Assembly (NCBI RefSeq): GCF_036321535.1
Contig: NC_087436.1
Span: 81,408,001-81,472,000, forward strand
DNA: 64,000 bases
Direction of reading: 5' to 3'
DNA from: Camelus dromedarius
Taxonomy: Eukaryota
The notes beneath the pieces are model-generated. The model was not told where the DNA came from, did not search any database, and saw only the letters and a list, made by a program, of their open reading frames with translations. Below, piece after piece: positions 38,750 to 54,689 of the stretch; the stretch's first letter is position 1; each line of letters opens with the position of its first letter. Made by a program: the position numbers and the translations under genes.

Positions 38750-39165
38750 TGAATGGGCGAGTGCCAGCCCTGGGCCTCTTCGCCCACAGATGCAGTCCTC
38801 ACCTTTCCTTTATCTGCTCTGTGTCTCAGGCGGCTGGCCGCTGCAGGCTGCACTTCCCAGCCTCACCTGTCAGCTGGTTAAGGGCTGGTTTCAGCCACGA
38901 GGAGGGAGATGCTACTAGGAGATGGGGGGAGTGGGGAGAAGCCAGGCCATTTCTTGCCATTTCTCTTGCCCAAAGGAGCTGTATCTCCTCTGTGTCTATA
39001 ACCCAGCTCCAACTGGACAGGCCATCACCACCCATCCCTGGGCTCCAGTAAACCATCTCCTTGCTCGAGGTTTCCTACTGCTGCTAATCTCTGAGTTGTT
39101 CCAAGAGTATCTGCGCTTGACTTTTGCACTACAATCAGAAAATATTCTTAGCTTCATCACTGTGT
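38750..39165. mobile_element. Old ERVL-type solo LTR (LTR33/LTR16-like)
   Basis: GC-richer block with tctgctctgtgtctcaggcggctg...cccagcctc...ctggtt similarity, from memory only. Confidence 0.4.
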
Positions 39166-41489
39166 GAATGCCCTTTAGGGTGGTATCTGCTCAGGCCTCT
39201 AACCTTGGACTCCATGTCTCTCTCCTGAACTGGTCTTACCTGCTGCCCTATGTCACTTGTCCACACCTCAGTCAGCCCTCACGCTGGATTGCTCAGACCA
39301 AGCTCTGGACTCTGTGCCACAGGCCTCTGATTCTCTTCTCAGTGCCTCTGACCCCATGCCCAGTCCTACTCTACTTTCCTCATCGTGGTTTCTCAACCTG
39401 TGTCCCTGTCACTGTTCACAATTGTACAGCTCACATTCTGAATGTTGATATTTGCTGAAGTGCAGCACAAAACCATTCTACAATGATCCTTAAGCTCTCA
39501 TTTAAGATTTACTTTGAACAGATCTCCAGACATATGCAACATTAAAATTTACATACCTATGTCACAAGAAGGTTGAAAATAATGCATATTTCCTGCATCG
39601 TTGGGCATTCCTTCCATGTGCTCACTCTGGTAATGACCAATAAGATACAAAGGCAGACAGGAAGATGGCTAAAATAATGTCAAGAATAACTCTGCTCAAA
39701 GGGCATGAAATCTATGATGGCCTTGCAATAAAAGAGCTTAAAATAGTCAGGTTAGCTTGTTCCTATAAATTTGTTCACTGTCAGCAAAAAATAATATAAT
39801 CCCTAAAGTAATGAAATAGGAAATATGAATAACAATAAAACATTTAAGGCTTTATTAATTACCTTATGTTGTTTATAAACAGACAGTACATGTGTGACAT
39901 TACTGACTCTTCTGGGCTTACGCTTGCTAAGCACTCACTGTAATTGAAACTCAGCACTAACGCACATAAGCGTTATTCTGTTTCCCATGTTATTCTCTCA
40001 CTGGGGAGCTGAAGACCAGGTTGTTTAACTCAGGGTCTATCTAGGTAGATTAAATTCCCACCCAGCCTTGTCCCAATTCCTAAATTAATCCTGAATTGGG
40101 TAAGAAATAATAAACAAACTCACATTGGCCTTGCTTCCCTAATCACCCCATCCAAACTGACTGGATTAGTCACACCTTTCCCGTGGTCTCTACATGGATG
40201 GCATGTGTACCCGTATTCTCAACAAAACATTCGCAGCCCATCTCTCCGGTCTATCAACCTGGAGCCTAGGTCCCCAGCCTCTGCTCTAGCAGTCTTTCCT
40301 ACAGCTTTGGCTCAGCCACCACACAGAAGGCCCTGGGTCCCCTGCCACCCCTCCTCTGGGTTCTCAAGCACCTGGGGCTTGCCAACTGGAGAACAGGATT
40401 TTCGGATACCAGCTGCCTGACTGGTACATCCTGCACTCTGTCCAAATTCCCAGAGTAATGTTTTGACCCTTTAGGACAGTATCTCGGCCTCCCTGAGACA
40501 GAGCCCTCCAAAAGGGACCTGATCACTGCTGGCCGTGAGACTGGATCCCGGCACAGTCCCCTCTCAGACAGTGGCTCTCATGTCAGTCTGGATCCTTCCT
40601 TCTTATCATGAATTAAGAAGTAAAGAACTGTCCTTCTTTAACCTGTAAGTTTTCAGTTGGCTTCCTTATGATGATTACTTTGAGTTTTGATGTCTTTGGT
40701 TTAGTGGCTGAGCACATCTCCATCCCCTCCCCGCCCTCTTCTTTTTCCTCTCCTGCCACCCTCCTCCCGACCCTGACCCCGAGCACTGCAGAACAACTCC
40801 AGGAGCCATCAGTAAGGCTCCTGCACTCAGCAGCTTTCCCAGGGTGCTCTGGAGTTGCTGAGAGAAATGAAACCATTTTAAAAAATGGTCACATTTTATG
40901 GTCGTAAGTTCTCTTTGTAAATGCCCTGAGACATAGTTAATCAACTCCTCCCTTAGCTTGCAGTTCACAATGACGCTCCTGAAGTGTGGCCATCCCCCAA
41001 CCCCGTCCGGGGATGCTGGGTGAGAGCCACCCTCGATCCTAGCCCGGTCTCTAAACTCAAGAATCTGGTAAGGAACAAGGCAACTGACCCTCGCTGTTCT
41101 CCTATTTCCCTCCAACAGAGCACAGGAAAACCTTCAAGTTGATTCCCCAAGACAGCCCGCACTCTACCCTAGTTTCTTAAAGAGTTATAACGAGGATCTA
41201 TGAGCTCTGTAATTTGTCTTTATTTTGGTTTAAATTAATGGTACTGAATTCTCTTACACTTGGCAAAGTAGAGGTGGCTATACATCGGCAAAAAAAGGAC
41301 CAACATTTTAAAATCTTGTAGGAACTAGATAAATTTTAGTGATTTTTAAAACAATGTAGAGTATTTCTGTAGTTTCTTGGCCATCTGGTCTTTTTCACCA
41401 AATACATCCATCTTTCCTAATATCAAAAGGTAGTAAAGGTTTACATGTAAGACTCATAATGGTGATAGTAACGATCATGAGAATAATAA

Positions 41490-41695
41490 TAATTTATATT
41501 ATCTCTACTGGCTGCCAAGTACTGTACTAAGTACTTTATGTGTGTCAACTCCTTAAATTCTCAGAAGAACACTCTGCAGTATGTATGATTGTTCCCTGTC
41601 CTTAGTTAAGAAAACTGAGTTGAGCAAAGGTTAAGAAACTTGGCCAAGGCCAGCTAGTAAGTGGCAGAACAGAAATTTACACCTGACCCATCTTT
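41490..41695 (-). mobile_element. MIR SINE
   Basis: gaaaactgag...ggttaagaaacttggccaaggccagctagtaagtggcaga core. Confidence 0.7.
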
Positions 41696-44059
41696 CATAC
41701 CTGTGAATATGCACACAACTCGATAAATCACAGTTGTGATGGTCCTGGAGTCCTCCTGATGAGCACTGACTGGAACGGAGTTAGAAATGCCTTTCAACTG
41801 TTTCATGGAAAAGCACTGACATTAAAATGTGGCCTTTGTGCTCTGTATGGGGCACATACTTTTGGCTCTGAACATTATTTGAATAAGAACTTGCAAATAA
41901 TTTGAGCAATTGTAACTCCAAAATCTTGATGTACTATTCCACAAATAGATCACTATTAACCTCGACATTCCATTCTTTAAATGTTCAACTTCACTGTTAC
42001 ACGAATAATTTTCTCTTAGAGTTATGACAGCATCCATATGCTCTTTCTTCTCTTTTTATTTTGGTTCTTTGACACTTTGGGAAACATGCGATAAGACTGC
42101 TTGTAGTATATTAACAGATGAGAACACACAGCATTTCTCTGCTCTCTCTTTTTCCTGAAGACATCATGTTCTCTTGTAGTTTCTCCTTTATCCCTCTCCA
42201 TTGATCTCAAATTTTCTTCCTCTATTATTTTGACAATATTGAAATGGTTGAGAAAAAGATTCAGGTCATATAAGTACCCTAAATTTTGTCTTTCTAGCCT
42301 TCAAAGGAATTTTTCATGAAAAGTTAAAAGTAACTTAAAAACTCATTGATATTGTTCATTAATATGTTGTCACAGAGTCTAAGCTACTGTCTCTTTTACA
42401 GGCAACATAATTACAAGTGAATTACAAATGCAGACTTTATGACTCCAATTAAACTCTAGGCCACAATCCATTAAAAACAGATTATACACATTACATTAGA
42501 TGTAAGGAAAAATAAACATCCCACATGATTTGAGCTATCAAAATAAGTGAGCCACAATTTCAAATAATTTGTCTAAAATTCTTATCAACATAACCTAAAA
42601 TATTTTCTCAAAAATCATCAGAGAAAAAAATTCTCATACTTAATTATCATATACTTATATATCATACTTTCTCCTAATTATTTCATTATTTCATTCTACT
42701 CCAAGAACATCTTTGAAAGATGTGAGAAGCTGGAAGAGATTCTATTGTTTAGTTATAAGAACAATAGTTTTTTTTGTTTGTTTTAAGAGTATTAGAATGA
42801 CACTTGAATATAATTAATTTTAGGGATTTTATTTTGTAAGAATCAAATCAAGTGACTAAAAATTAATTTGAAGCCAATTAAAATCTCAGCATCACCATAA
42901 AATTGCTTAAGAGAGTGGATCTTAAGAAAATGTCATCAAGGACTGTTACACCTCAGTCTTCACACTGGAGAGACATTCACCACTGAACTGTTTTCTCCGA
43001 AAGTTTTGAATGCCTACGGACTGGGTTACTAGGAAAAGTGGCTTTCTGAATAGTGTGTCTATAAAGTTTGATTCTACCTGATCCTCACCCCCATCTGTCA
43101 GCTCCCACTTCTCCTGAATTATGAAGGGATAAGAATTATGCCAGCTTGATTCTAGCATCACTGACATGGGCAAGCACACAACAAAGCAGAGGGAAAGAAG
43201 CCGAAACAAAGCAAAAATATGCTCAGGCAAGAATACCCTGGAGTACTGAGAAGTTCACAAGAAAACAAACCAGCAAAAAGAGTATTTCAAATAGAAGATT
43301 AAGGACCAATTCAAACAAAGTAATTTGAAGCTGTTATGTAAAAGAAAATGAGATCATTTAGCACAGGTGTTCAAAGATTTTGAGGAGGTTTTGATGTTTC
43401 TGGGAGGAGGTGATATTCCTGATAGTAACATTTCAAAGCAGAACAAAAGGACATTCCTACCAGGAGACATTCCTACACGGCTCCGCAGAGGAAAGAAGAA
43501 AGGCACAGAAGAAAGTGATTAGAGAGAAGATATTAAATGATAGAAATATAATTTAAAAATTAACAAAAGTTATGCTTAAGCTATGTCTTGATGTAAAATA
43601 CGGAGATATATCTTACTGTGGTAGTCAATTTAGAACCAATCTAAAATAGTGTCCTTATTGGAATATGCATATTTTTTCATCTAATTTATGCAAGACTTCA
43701 CAAAGGCACCAATGGCCTCATAAAAGCTTTACAATCAGAATGTTCCTAGTACCACACTTTACTAATGAAAGGCATCTTATCAATGGAACAGAGGCAAAGC
43801 TATTCATCCTCTATTAAGTTTTCTGTTATTTAGTATGCATCAAGAGAGGCTGGTAATTAAGCATAAAGGAGGAGACAAGGGTGATGCTAACAACTGAACA
43901 AAAACAAATGGAAGTGTTTCCTGGACAGCCAAGGTTTGTTGGACTAAATCACCATCTCTCATAGGAAATCCTGAAAAAGAAATGCAACTTAAAACATAGC
44001 TAGAAAAAGGTAGCTTTTAGAAGGAAAAGTAAGAGCTTTGAGTGTTCTTCTGCGTTCTA

Positions 44060-44287
<228 letters not shown>

Positions 44288-44399
44288 TTAGTAAAATTTG
44301 GATTTTGGCAAGGGAATTTTTCAAAGGGAGAAGAAATTAAAACAAAAACACAAAAAAAGATCAACTAGCACCTTCCTTCCAAACATCAGGTAACTTTAC

Positions 44400-45070
44400 C
44401 AAATGTCTAGAGAAATACAAAATGAAACAATGAAATATCTTTATCCAGCAAATCTGCAAAAAAGATGGCATAATATCCACTAACACCAGGTAATTTCATT
44501 CATGTTGGTGGGAGTGTAAATTGATACTCGATACAGATTTTCTAGAGGGCAGATTTGGCAGCTATTAAAATTTTAGATGTGAATACCTTATGACTTAGCA
44601 GTTGTACTTTTAGATATATAGTCTAGAGAAACAATTGCACATGTTCATGGAAAGCATACAGAAAGGATGTTCACTGCAGCATTGGTTAAGGATTAAAAAA
44701 AAAAAACCCTTTAAACAGTATAAATTCCCACAGATAGAGCAGCAGAATAAGCTATGGTACCACTATGCCAGGGAACTGTATTTAGCAGTTTAAAAGAATG
44801 AGGTAGATCTATGAATACTCACGTGGACATGATGTTAAGTGAAAAAAAAAATTGTAAAATGATCCGCTGATCCTGATGCCATTTCTATAAATCTGCCCCT
44901 TCCCAATAAAATAACAAATATTTATTTCCCTTTCTCTGTATTTATATACATAAATGCATAGAAGAGGTCTGCAAGGATAATCAACACACTGAAAATCATA
45001 GTTACCTTCGGGGAGAAGAGAATACGTGAATGCATTGCTTGCATAAGTAAAAATAAATTTAAAAGAATGA
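44400..45070 (+). mobile_element. Old L1 (L1ME-like) 3' fragment
   Basis: gttggtgggagtgtaaattg and aggatgttcactgcagcattg motifs. Confidence 0.65.
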
Positions 45071-45339
45071 TGTTTTCTAAAAGGAAACAAAGTGGGTGTA
45101 CACTGCTCACTTTAAAACTTCTGATCTGGGAAAAGGGATAAAGCAGAGTCTTGAAGTAAGCAAGGAAGCCAGGGGTGACTTTTTTGAGGACAGGAGAGGT
45201 GATGAGGGCTTTAATGGGCACAGACACTTCAAGGATTGAAAAGAGGGGATAGATTTGAGGGAAAGAATCCACAAACCTTAGTAACCAAATTGATGTGAGG
45301 GATCAGGTTCAGTTTTTTAATTTAATTTAATTTAACTTA

Positions 45340-45492
45340 ATTTAATTTTTAATACTTCTATTGTGATATGGTTCCTATATACAAAACTACACATATTTCA
45401 GATGTACAATTTGATGAATTTTGACAGATGTATACACACATGAAACCACCACCACAATCAAAATAGCTAACATTTCCATCACTCCCCAAGAG
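45340..45492 (-). mobile_element. Old L1 3'-end fragment
   Basis: tgtacaatttgatgaattttgaca...accaccaccacaatcaa...aacatttccatcactccc motif. Confidence 0.7.
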
Positions 45493-47374
45493 GTGCAATT
45501 TTCCTATTCCCAATATATAAGATACACATTGTCTACTGTGTACCAGGTACAGTGGGAAGTGCTAAGGATACAAAAAAATTACATGGCAATAACCAGTAAG
45601 TGGGCTTATTTAATGGCATTGCTAAAGGACATTCAGTTTTTAATCTCTAAAAATATATAAAATTTTACAGAAAATACAGATCCAAACTGATTTGAAAGTT
45701 TTATGGTGAAAATTTCAATTTGTTCCAAACATAAGGTAAAAGTTCTAATTAAAGAAAACAAAACCTAAATTGGTTTGCTGAATTAGGAAAAAGGCAAAGT
45801 TTGAATCCATGGATATGTACGTATTTTCAATTATCAATTCTTTTGATTATTAAGAAAATATAGCTTAATTTTTTTAAATTGGAGATTACATAAACCATAA
45901 AATCTAGAAAAATCAATCATCTTCACCATCTAAAGGCAACCACTCTCATTACTCATGTATTCGCTTCTAGTCCTATGTATTTTTTCATAATTTTGATTAT
46001 ACTACAGTCACATGTCTGTGACATTAGTATTTCTTATATTGTTACATTTTAATAAAAATACTTTTCTATATTTATTTATATTAATTATATATTTATTAAA
46101 AATCACAACTTAAATTAGAATAGAAGATTTTTTATTTTTATTAGTCATTTTCATTGGTATCTCAATTCTACAGATTTAAATTATGCTACTTCCAAACTGC
46201 CACTCCAAAGTTCATAAGAATAATAAAAGTACAGAAATACTTATATATTAATTTTCAGTATTTAATATTTCTCATTGTTAATGACCCCTTTATGCCCTAA
46301 TGGGGCTGTATTTATTTATTTCATTGGTTCAAGGATCTCTTTGATTTGTAAGTGATTTTACACCCACACTCACACACTGCTGCAGGTTCTCCCATAAACA
46401 TGCCCATGTTTCTACTCTTAGAAAGGTGGGGTTGGGGTAGGTTCCTCACCAGTAGGGGCATGAACTGCAGTAATACCAAGTCATCTCACCAAGAAACACT
46501 GATCAGTACTGCTTGTACAAGGAACAAAATGGGGAAGAGAAAAGGCTTCAATTCCTCATCCTTCATTCTTTCATTTGTAAGTAAATGTTTTACACTATTC
46601 AGTGGCAGTAGAATAAATTCTTCCCTTTGATTATCTGTATAATTCTTTATAATCTGCCAATTTTTATATTAAAATCATAACTTAATAATTGTAAATATGT
46701 AATAATAGTTTATTATCTGCAAAAATAATATAACCATACAGGTTCAAATTGAATTAAAAAGCCAAAAAATAAACTCAAGAAAGTTGGAATTATATCATGA
46801 AGCATGTGTTTTACTTAATAGTTTTTCTACAAGTGCATTCATGATCCCAACTAATTTAATCAGGGTTTTGTGGTCTCCGTATTGTTACACTTTAAGTGTC
46901 TTAATAGGAAGGGATTACTTTTACCTGACTTGTCAATTAGCATCACAAAGACATCTTCAAAATCTCTACTTGGGGTATTAGCTTTTGCTCAATCTGCATA
47001 TAGGCAATGTTGACCTTAAAAACAGTGGTTTTAGTAATAATTTAGTCTGTTACCATTCAGAGAGCCAGTAGAGACAGCTGAAGGAGGAAACTCAACTGTG
47101 CAACAAAAGTGTCACGAAAGAAGAAACAACGCTGCACATTTAAAACGCACCTTATGGAAGTCTGAGATAATAAGACCCCGGGAAATTGTAGCACCGCATT
47201 TCAGTTCCTCCGTCTCATTTAAGTATATTAGCTATAAAGTCTGTGAGTTAAATCTGTAGCTAATTAATTGCCCACTGAACATTTGGGGGAAATTTTCAAA
47301 AGTATGTGTCCTTTTTTTGGATAACGTACAGGTATATTTAAAATAATGATTATTATTAATAAACATTTATTATT

Positions 47375-47575
47375 ATTTTTATATCTAACAGTTACTGAGC
47401 ATTTACTGTGAGCCAAGCACTGTTTTAAGTGCTTGACAAATTAGTCAACTAATTCTCCCAATGATCCTATAAGGTAGACAATTTCTACCTTCATTTATTA
47501 AAGGAAGTAGAGAAAGATTAGATAATTGGCCCAGGTTCACACAGATTTTTAGGGACAGGATTTGAGCCCAAGCAG
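47375..47575 (-). mobile_element. MIR SINE
   Basis: ttactgagcatttactgtgagccaagcactgttttaagtgct...ggatttgagccca. Confidence 0.65.
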
Positions 47576-48208
47576 GAGAAAAAAAAATCAAATTTGCTTC
47601 AAAAGCACATTCTCTGAAATGTCCTAAATTAAAAAAAGATAGAATATTATTTATATTATACATTAAACATTGCCAAATTTATTCCATGTCTTCAATCCTA
47701 TAACTAAGGCATTATGATCCCAGTTTTGTGGGTGAAGAAACTAAGATCTGTTACTAAAGTTCATAACTGCAGACATAATAGTAGAAAAAATTACTTATTA
47801 ATGAAAGTGTTTACACTGCATATCAAATGTGTAGGTAAAAATCTCATTTGTCACACTAAAGTGAAAAAATAGTGGTTAAGCATTCTATAAAATAAAAGAA
47901 AACTCAAACATCTGTATCTCCAAGATTCTACAATCAAAAACTTGTGTTGAAAATATTTTACAGGTAATAAAAAGAACTGGAACAATTATCTCCATGTATA
48001 TGACATTGGTGTTTTAGAGTTAACACTGCAAAAAAATTTTGAGATTCTAAGTAAGTCCCATGAAGCAGTTAATCATCCCACTATCACACACTTTATTACT
48101 CCCCTTCTCTCTAAATGTCCAGACAATTTAAAAGTCCTTGGCTATTCCTCCTCTGTAAAGAAATAGCTTTTAAAAATACCTCTCCTTAAATTGGGGTAGT
48201 TCAAGTTA

Positions 48209-48508
<300 letters not shown>

Positions 48509-51500
48509 CTAGTTCTTGCCTTTCACTAGTTGGGAGACTAACTGCTTTTCAGAATCCTGAGCAGTCAACACAACTGGAGTTCAAATAAGCAACAAAAGAC
48601 AAAAATATAATAAAATCAGATAGTTAGGCAATGAATCCTCTTGGAACTTTAAATTCACTTTTGGAACATATACATTTTGGGGGAACTAACATTACCTAAC
48701 AAAATAGGACATCATGAAATAGTCTTTGGGTTGTAAAGATGAAAACGTATTTAAATAACACAAGAAGAATTTCTTATACTGAGCTAATCTTCTATATAAC
48801 CATGTGATTTAGAAGAGAAAGAATATGACATACTATATTATCATGAAATTATTTCAATTATTTTCTAAAAATGACAAATGCACAAATATTTTATAAGATT
48901 CATTTACATTTTTCTTAAATTCCTTTTTAGGTTTTTTTCCCCTCTTCCTTTCTCTATCAAATAGGAAATTTCATCATCTGTTAATGTTTTCTACTCATAT
49001 GCATTACATATAGGATCAATATAAATTTGATTATAAAATAATTCACTAATTATTCACCAAAAACTTTTAAAAATTCTATTTATCAGAATGGTTGCAGTTT
49101 TGTACATATTTTCTTACTTTTTACAATAGTGCCCTGCATCCCTGAACATTGTATTCAATGAGATATGAGGGTAAACATAGGATTTTCAATTTAAGACAAT
49201 AGATTTCAACCAAGTGCATGTGTTTCAAAAGTATGTTAAGCATAGGGAATTCTACAAGAAAAATATTACATCTCTATGAAAATTAATACTTTCCAAAGTT
49301 GAGGAGTTTTTAACAGACATACCCCTGATTGAGATTTTCTTTTTCATTTATTATTGATGTTTAATATATCAGAGCCTTGAGAATGATAAATACCACTCAT
49401 GAAAACTCTGAAGAGCCAACTGGAAGAAGCTGATTTCACACAGATTTCCTTGCCATGTGTCAATGAATGACAGAGGCCTTGGAAAGTCTTAAATCCAAGA
49501 GGACAGGCAGTGTTCTCGCCTATGTTGTTCATTCTTCTACCACTCTATCCTTCAGTGTAAAGGTAATTCATTTCTGTTAATGTAATTTGTGACAGCTCAG
49601 GAATCTTACCATATTACTTATTTGAGATTTGCACAATCTTTACCCCAGCTATGCATTAGGGTTGGACTAAAAAAAGATGGGCAGTCCTGACAGAAGACAA
49701 AATTAACTATATTCAGCAAAAATAAAAGCAGAATGCAAACAATGCAGATAGGTGATTGAACAAAGATAAAATCAAGCTAATTTACAAATCCTCTTCTATC
49801 TCCCTTGTAACCTGGCTGAATAAAATTTAAATTATTACATATCCTCTCAGTTACTGGGATAAAAAAATATATATGATTGTGTAATATCAAGAAATGAAGG
49901 GTAGGAAAAACTGGAAAATATTCCTTTACAAAACAACAGGAATAATTAAACAAGGACATGTTTCAATAAAAATTCATCTAAGTTACTATGTGAATGAGAA
50001 TATAGCAGTAAGTCAGAATTATTAGAAATAAACTAAAAAATCATAAAAGGTTAGAGTTAAAAGTTACCCTTAAACAAAAGCTGATGTTAGCACTATGGAT
50101 ATAGGTAAGCTGTAACTACTTATACTTAGATACATTTAAATAGAAACCATTAATGCAGTTAAATAAATATCAATACTTACATTGTAAATTATGGAAAGAG
50201 ATCTACTCTCTAATACAGTTACATTATCATACCCTAAACAAGCCATCATTTAATCATTGGTCAAATTTCTTTAGAATTCAAAAGATTTGATGTCAAACTA
50301 AAGGCAAGGACAAAAAAGCTGCCAGACTGTTTGTAAATGAGTCATTTAACAAAGTTGGCAAAATACTCCAACAAAGTATTATATTCTAGATACATTTAGC
50401 TACCACTCTACAGTTATTTAGTAAAAAAATGAATTGCTTTTAAAGTATCATTCCCAAAACAATTATATGGCATTTTTACACTAAAGTTTAAGGAGAGCCA
50501 AATATTCTGGAATTAGTTAAATAAGAACTGTTAACATGTTTCTTGATACAAGTTATAATTAAGGTATATAGAGGCACTCAGCACACTTTCCTATCTTAGA
50601 TTGTTTTTTAGATGAAACACTATAGTTGTCCTTGATGCCATGGTTTACAAAAGAAAGGAGGCAAGAATCTTTATTATTGTTAATAAAATAGTTGAATGTT
50701 CTAACTGCAAATATGTGGTATAGGCATCTTTAAAAAGCGTATGTCTTTACTTTAACCAATCCATTTCAAGTTTTCTTCCCACAAACATGACTAATTATAT
50801 TTAAGTGGTAAGGATCTGTTTTCCAGATGTTCACAGGATTACAACATGAACAACTATGTCCACTATCCTTAGTTAACCACATGATTTTCTTTTATATTAT
50901 AAACCAAATATAAGCCAAGACGGAAAGTCGTATCTCTTGGCTCCAAATCCAGTGTTTATTCCAAGGATTCCATTAAGAAAACAAGCAGGTTTAAAACTGA
51001 GGTGGTAAAAATTCTTTTAATTTGGCCATGAAATTGATGGTATGTTTATCTTAGGAAATTTCTCTTAAAAAATGTCTCTGAAGCTGCTTTCCTACTCTAT
51101 CAGGAAACATATCCACATAAGACAACTAATTTTATTAATACTTTAAATAGAAAATAGGTGATATATTATTGAAAAAAAGTTAATCATCAGATTTCCACAA
51201 TGATTATATATTTTTTAAAATATAGAAAATATTAACTAAGTTTTTTATGATTATGTGTTAGTGTTAACATATAAATTTTTTTCAGAGAATGGCCAAAATT
51301 ACTTTTTGCAAAAGGATTTCTTTGCTTTAGGACATCAGTAAGTCAGCATTTTTCTATGATGAGTAAGGATATGAATATTTACAGATTCCAGCTGGTGCAG
51401 TTACCCAAAAAGCAATAAATATATTTTAAATATTTTTGATTTACTCTTTAAGAAATTATCATACAATGTAATTATCAAAGGTATTTAATAAAAATTGAAA

Positions 51501-54244
51501 ATGTCATTTAATAGGAATTATTTGACAATTTCTTCATTTAACTCTAAAGTCACTATATAAAAAGTCATATTACAAAAAGTCATATTACAAAATAGTCATA
51601 TTACATATTACATTGATTTTATAAATAAAGTATGACAAGATAATGTGCAAATTTGACTATTACTAATGTCAGGAAACAGTATTATAATAGATGAATAAAG
51701 TAAGTATAGACTGTAAAAATGATTATTTGAAATCCTAAGATTGAAAATTATCCCAGCTAATTTTTATCAATTAGCTAAGAACTTAGATTTTATGCTTCAA
51801 TTTCCTTGGTTGAGAATATTTCTAAAATATATAACAAACTGCCTTGAACATAATGAATGAAAAGTGACTTATTATTTTCTGAGTATTTTGGGTCATAATT
51901 TATACTATGCACATTTAAGCTTTCAGAAGCTACTAAGTGGACCCATAAAGAGTCATTTAACGATCTCACTCTACTGTACCCTTTGAATTATTGTATCCTC
52001 ATGGTTTTTTTTTTCCCATTATTGATTACTTTTTTGCTATGTTGAATATGGTTTCCAGAGATGACACCTTCATGAATTCAAACTTGCTTTCTTCCCTGCT
52101 CTAAGCCTTATATTCAATATTTTGTGCAAAAAATTTTTGGCATCTATTTGTAACTTAAAGAATACCAGTGCCTGTCTCCAAATTCTTAACTATTTTTTTA
52201 ATAAGATAATACTGTTTAAGAGTACTGACTGCATAGAAAAGTTCCGGGAGAGGCTATCTCATGTTGCAAGCCAACTGGCTGCCTAGTTGGCAGTGTGTTG
52301 AGTATTATTGTGTGGCTTTATGCTAGCCCTATAGGAAAGAATATTGTAAACAGTTAGTTATGTCTGCAATGAGTGTGCAATAAGGAAGTGGAGGCATGCA
52401 TGCCATGTGTTAGGCATCATGATATAAAACTGTGGTTCCCAAACTGAATATTCATAACATAGGGAACTTACAAAAGTACAGATCACTGCCTTCTCCCCAC
52501 TGATCTACAAGATTCTGAGTCCATATGCCTGGGTTGACACCACTAAAAAACCCACCAACAGTTAACTGCAATCCAGATGGTCCCTGGACTATATTTGAGA
52601 AATACTAACAATCTCTTGTGAATTACTAAATCCAGATTTAAGAATAAAATACTAACATGTTTCAGTTTTATGACATAAATTAGAATAGAGTCAGTTTCAT
52701 CAAGAGATTATTCCACATCTATTTCCTATGGAAAACTTAGGGGTCGTTCATCTGGAAATATTTAAGGGAAAGAAAAATTCTAACATTTGTTCCTTTTCTG
52801 CATGTCACTTTCCTGAAAAAAAAATGGAAAATTATGACAAATGGTACATATAGGCTACAGGCAGAGAAAGAGGGGTTCTACCCATCAACATCTAGGGAAG
52901 GACTGAAAGTATATGCTGCTATCACATATATACGTGGGATGGTTTTATATCACCTTGTATATTATATGGAGTTCTACTCATGGAAAGTACAAAAGCTATT
53001 CAATTTAAGTTTAAAATATTTGACAATTTATTTTTCAATAACTACTCCATATTTCTCTATGATAAAATTTGTTTTCAAAAGAACTCTAACTTCTGAGGAC
53101 GTTGTAAAGATCAGGATAGAAATATACATATATTTCTGTATTGTAGAATATCTATATATATATACACATATATGTCGATACATACAACAGAGGTCTGGAT
53201 CCAGATTTTCATGGTTATATCTTGAGTTGTTTTGTTACTTTAAAAATATTTTTACTTTTTTTTCATTTGAAAATGTTCTTTTCCTCTAAAAAGTTCCCCT
53301 CAAATTCTGGTAACATAAAATATGAATGTGACTTAATGCACAATTGTAGCTAACATCAGTTTTCATTCTAAATGAGCATAGTAAAAGGAAATATTACAAG
53401 TCAAAACACATAAAAACCTCAAAGCTGACAAGTTAGTAAAAGGTGCTTTGTTCCCTGGCAGCAGATTGCTAATGGAATGCTGTAGGACATGGAATATCCA
53501 AAGACTGAGATTTGAAGCATGATGTATCTGCATCTCAGTATAATCTATTTATTATTTAACCTATATTTACTTATAAAGCAAAAAGTGGAGAGACATTTCA
53601 CATATAAGCAAATCCAGTATATATTAATGTGTGTCACAATGGTAGAATTTTCATAAATTTATTAAAGGGTAATCTTTGGAGCCTCTCACTTACAAATGCC
53701 CCTTATAAGACTCTGTACCTAGTTTTGCACTGATAAAATTGATTATTTTTGTACATAATACCCTCCTCCAACTGTATGATATTCTGGCCTCACAAAACCT
53801 AGATCTGACTCTACCTGCATTTTGAAACTGGAAGAGGTCTTGGAGATCACTTAAATTGACATCTGTATTTTGTAGATAAAAAATATCAAGGTCCTTATAA
53901 AAACTAGTACATAATATGACTTTAAACAAAGGAAGTAATACAAACAACTCCCAACACTAAAAGAAATGCAGAATTCTGTTTAACAGAAGTTTACGTGACA
54001 CTGTGCTCTGTTCTGTGATACCCTCTCTGAAAGATCACATCCATTTCTGGGTATAACACTATAGAAGAGAAAAGTTAAGAAGGGACAATCAAGTTTATAT
54101 GAGGTTAAGAAAACATGCTATATGAAGCATGCTTGACAAAACTTTATTTTTGGATGCCAATAACACGTAAGTTCAGTATTTTCACTGTGTCCTATTATCT
54201 CCTATGGTTTTTAAAGCACCTTTTCTTTTTTTAACTATTTAAAT

Positions 54245-54357
54245 TTTATTTTTTTATTGAAGTGTAGTTGATTTACAATGTTAGTTTCAGGTGGACAGCA
54301 AAGCGATTCAGTTATATACATACATACATGTATTTTGTCTTTTCAGATTCTTTCAGA
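54245..54357 (-). mobile_element. Short L1 3'-end fragment
   Basis: T-rich tail followed by ttgaagtgtagttgatttacaatgttagtttcaggtg, typical of laurasiatherian L1 3' ends. Confidence 0.75.
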
Positions 54358-54689
54358 AAGACTCTCTCTGAAAGAATCTGAAAAGAATCTGAAAAGACAA
54401 AACTTTTATGTTACAACTCAAAAAAGAAAAAGGCAATCCCTGCTTTCCATCTAAGAACTTTGTTCCCTCTTGTCTCTTAGCTGTCATCATCTTCTAATAT
54501 ACTGTGCCTTTTATTTTAAATTTCATGATGATAAAGATTCTTATCAGTTTTGTTTCCTTATATAACCCTAGAGACAAAAAGTGCCCAGCTCATAGTAGGT
54601 GTTCAGAAATATTTACTGAATAAATGAATGTCTACTTTATGTCCAGAGTTTTTTCACGGAGATAAAGTAAAAACTAGGGGAGAGAAAAT

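Noticed and set aside
52834..53289. Longest ORF in the track (151 aa, +)
   Set aside because: AT-rich, low-complexity F/Y/I-biased translation, antisense within an intron, with no domain.
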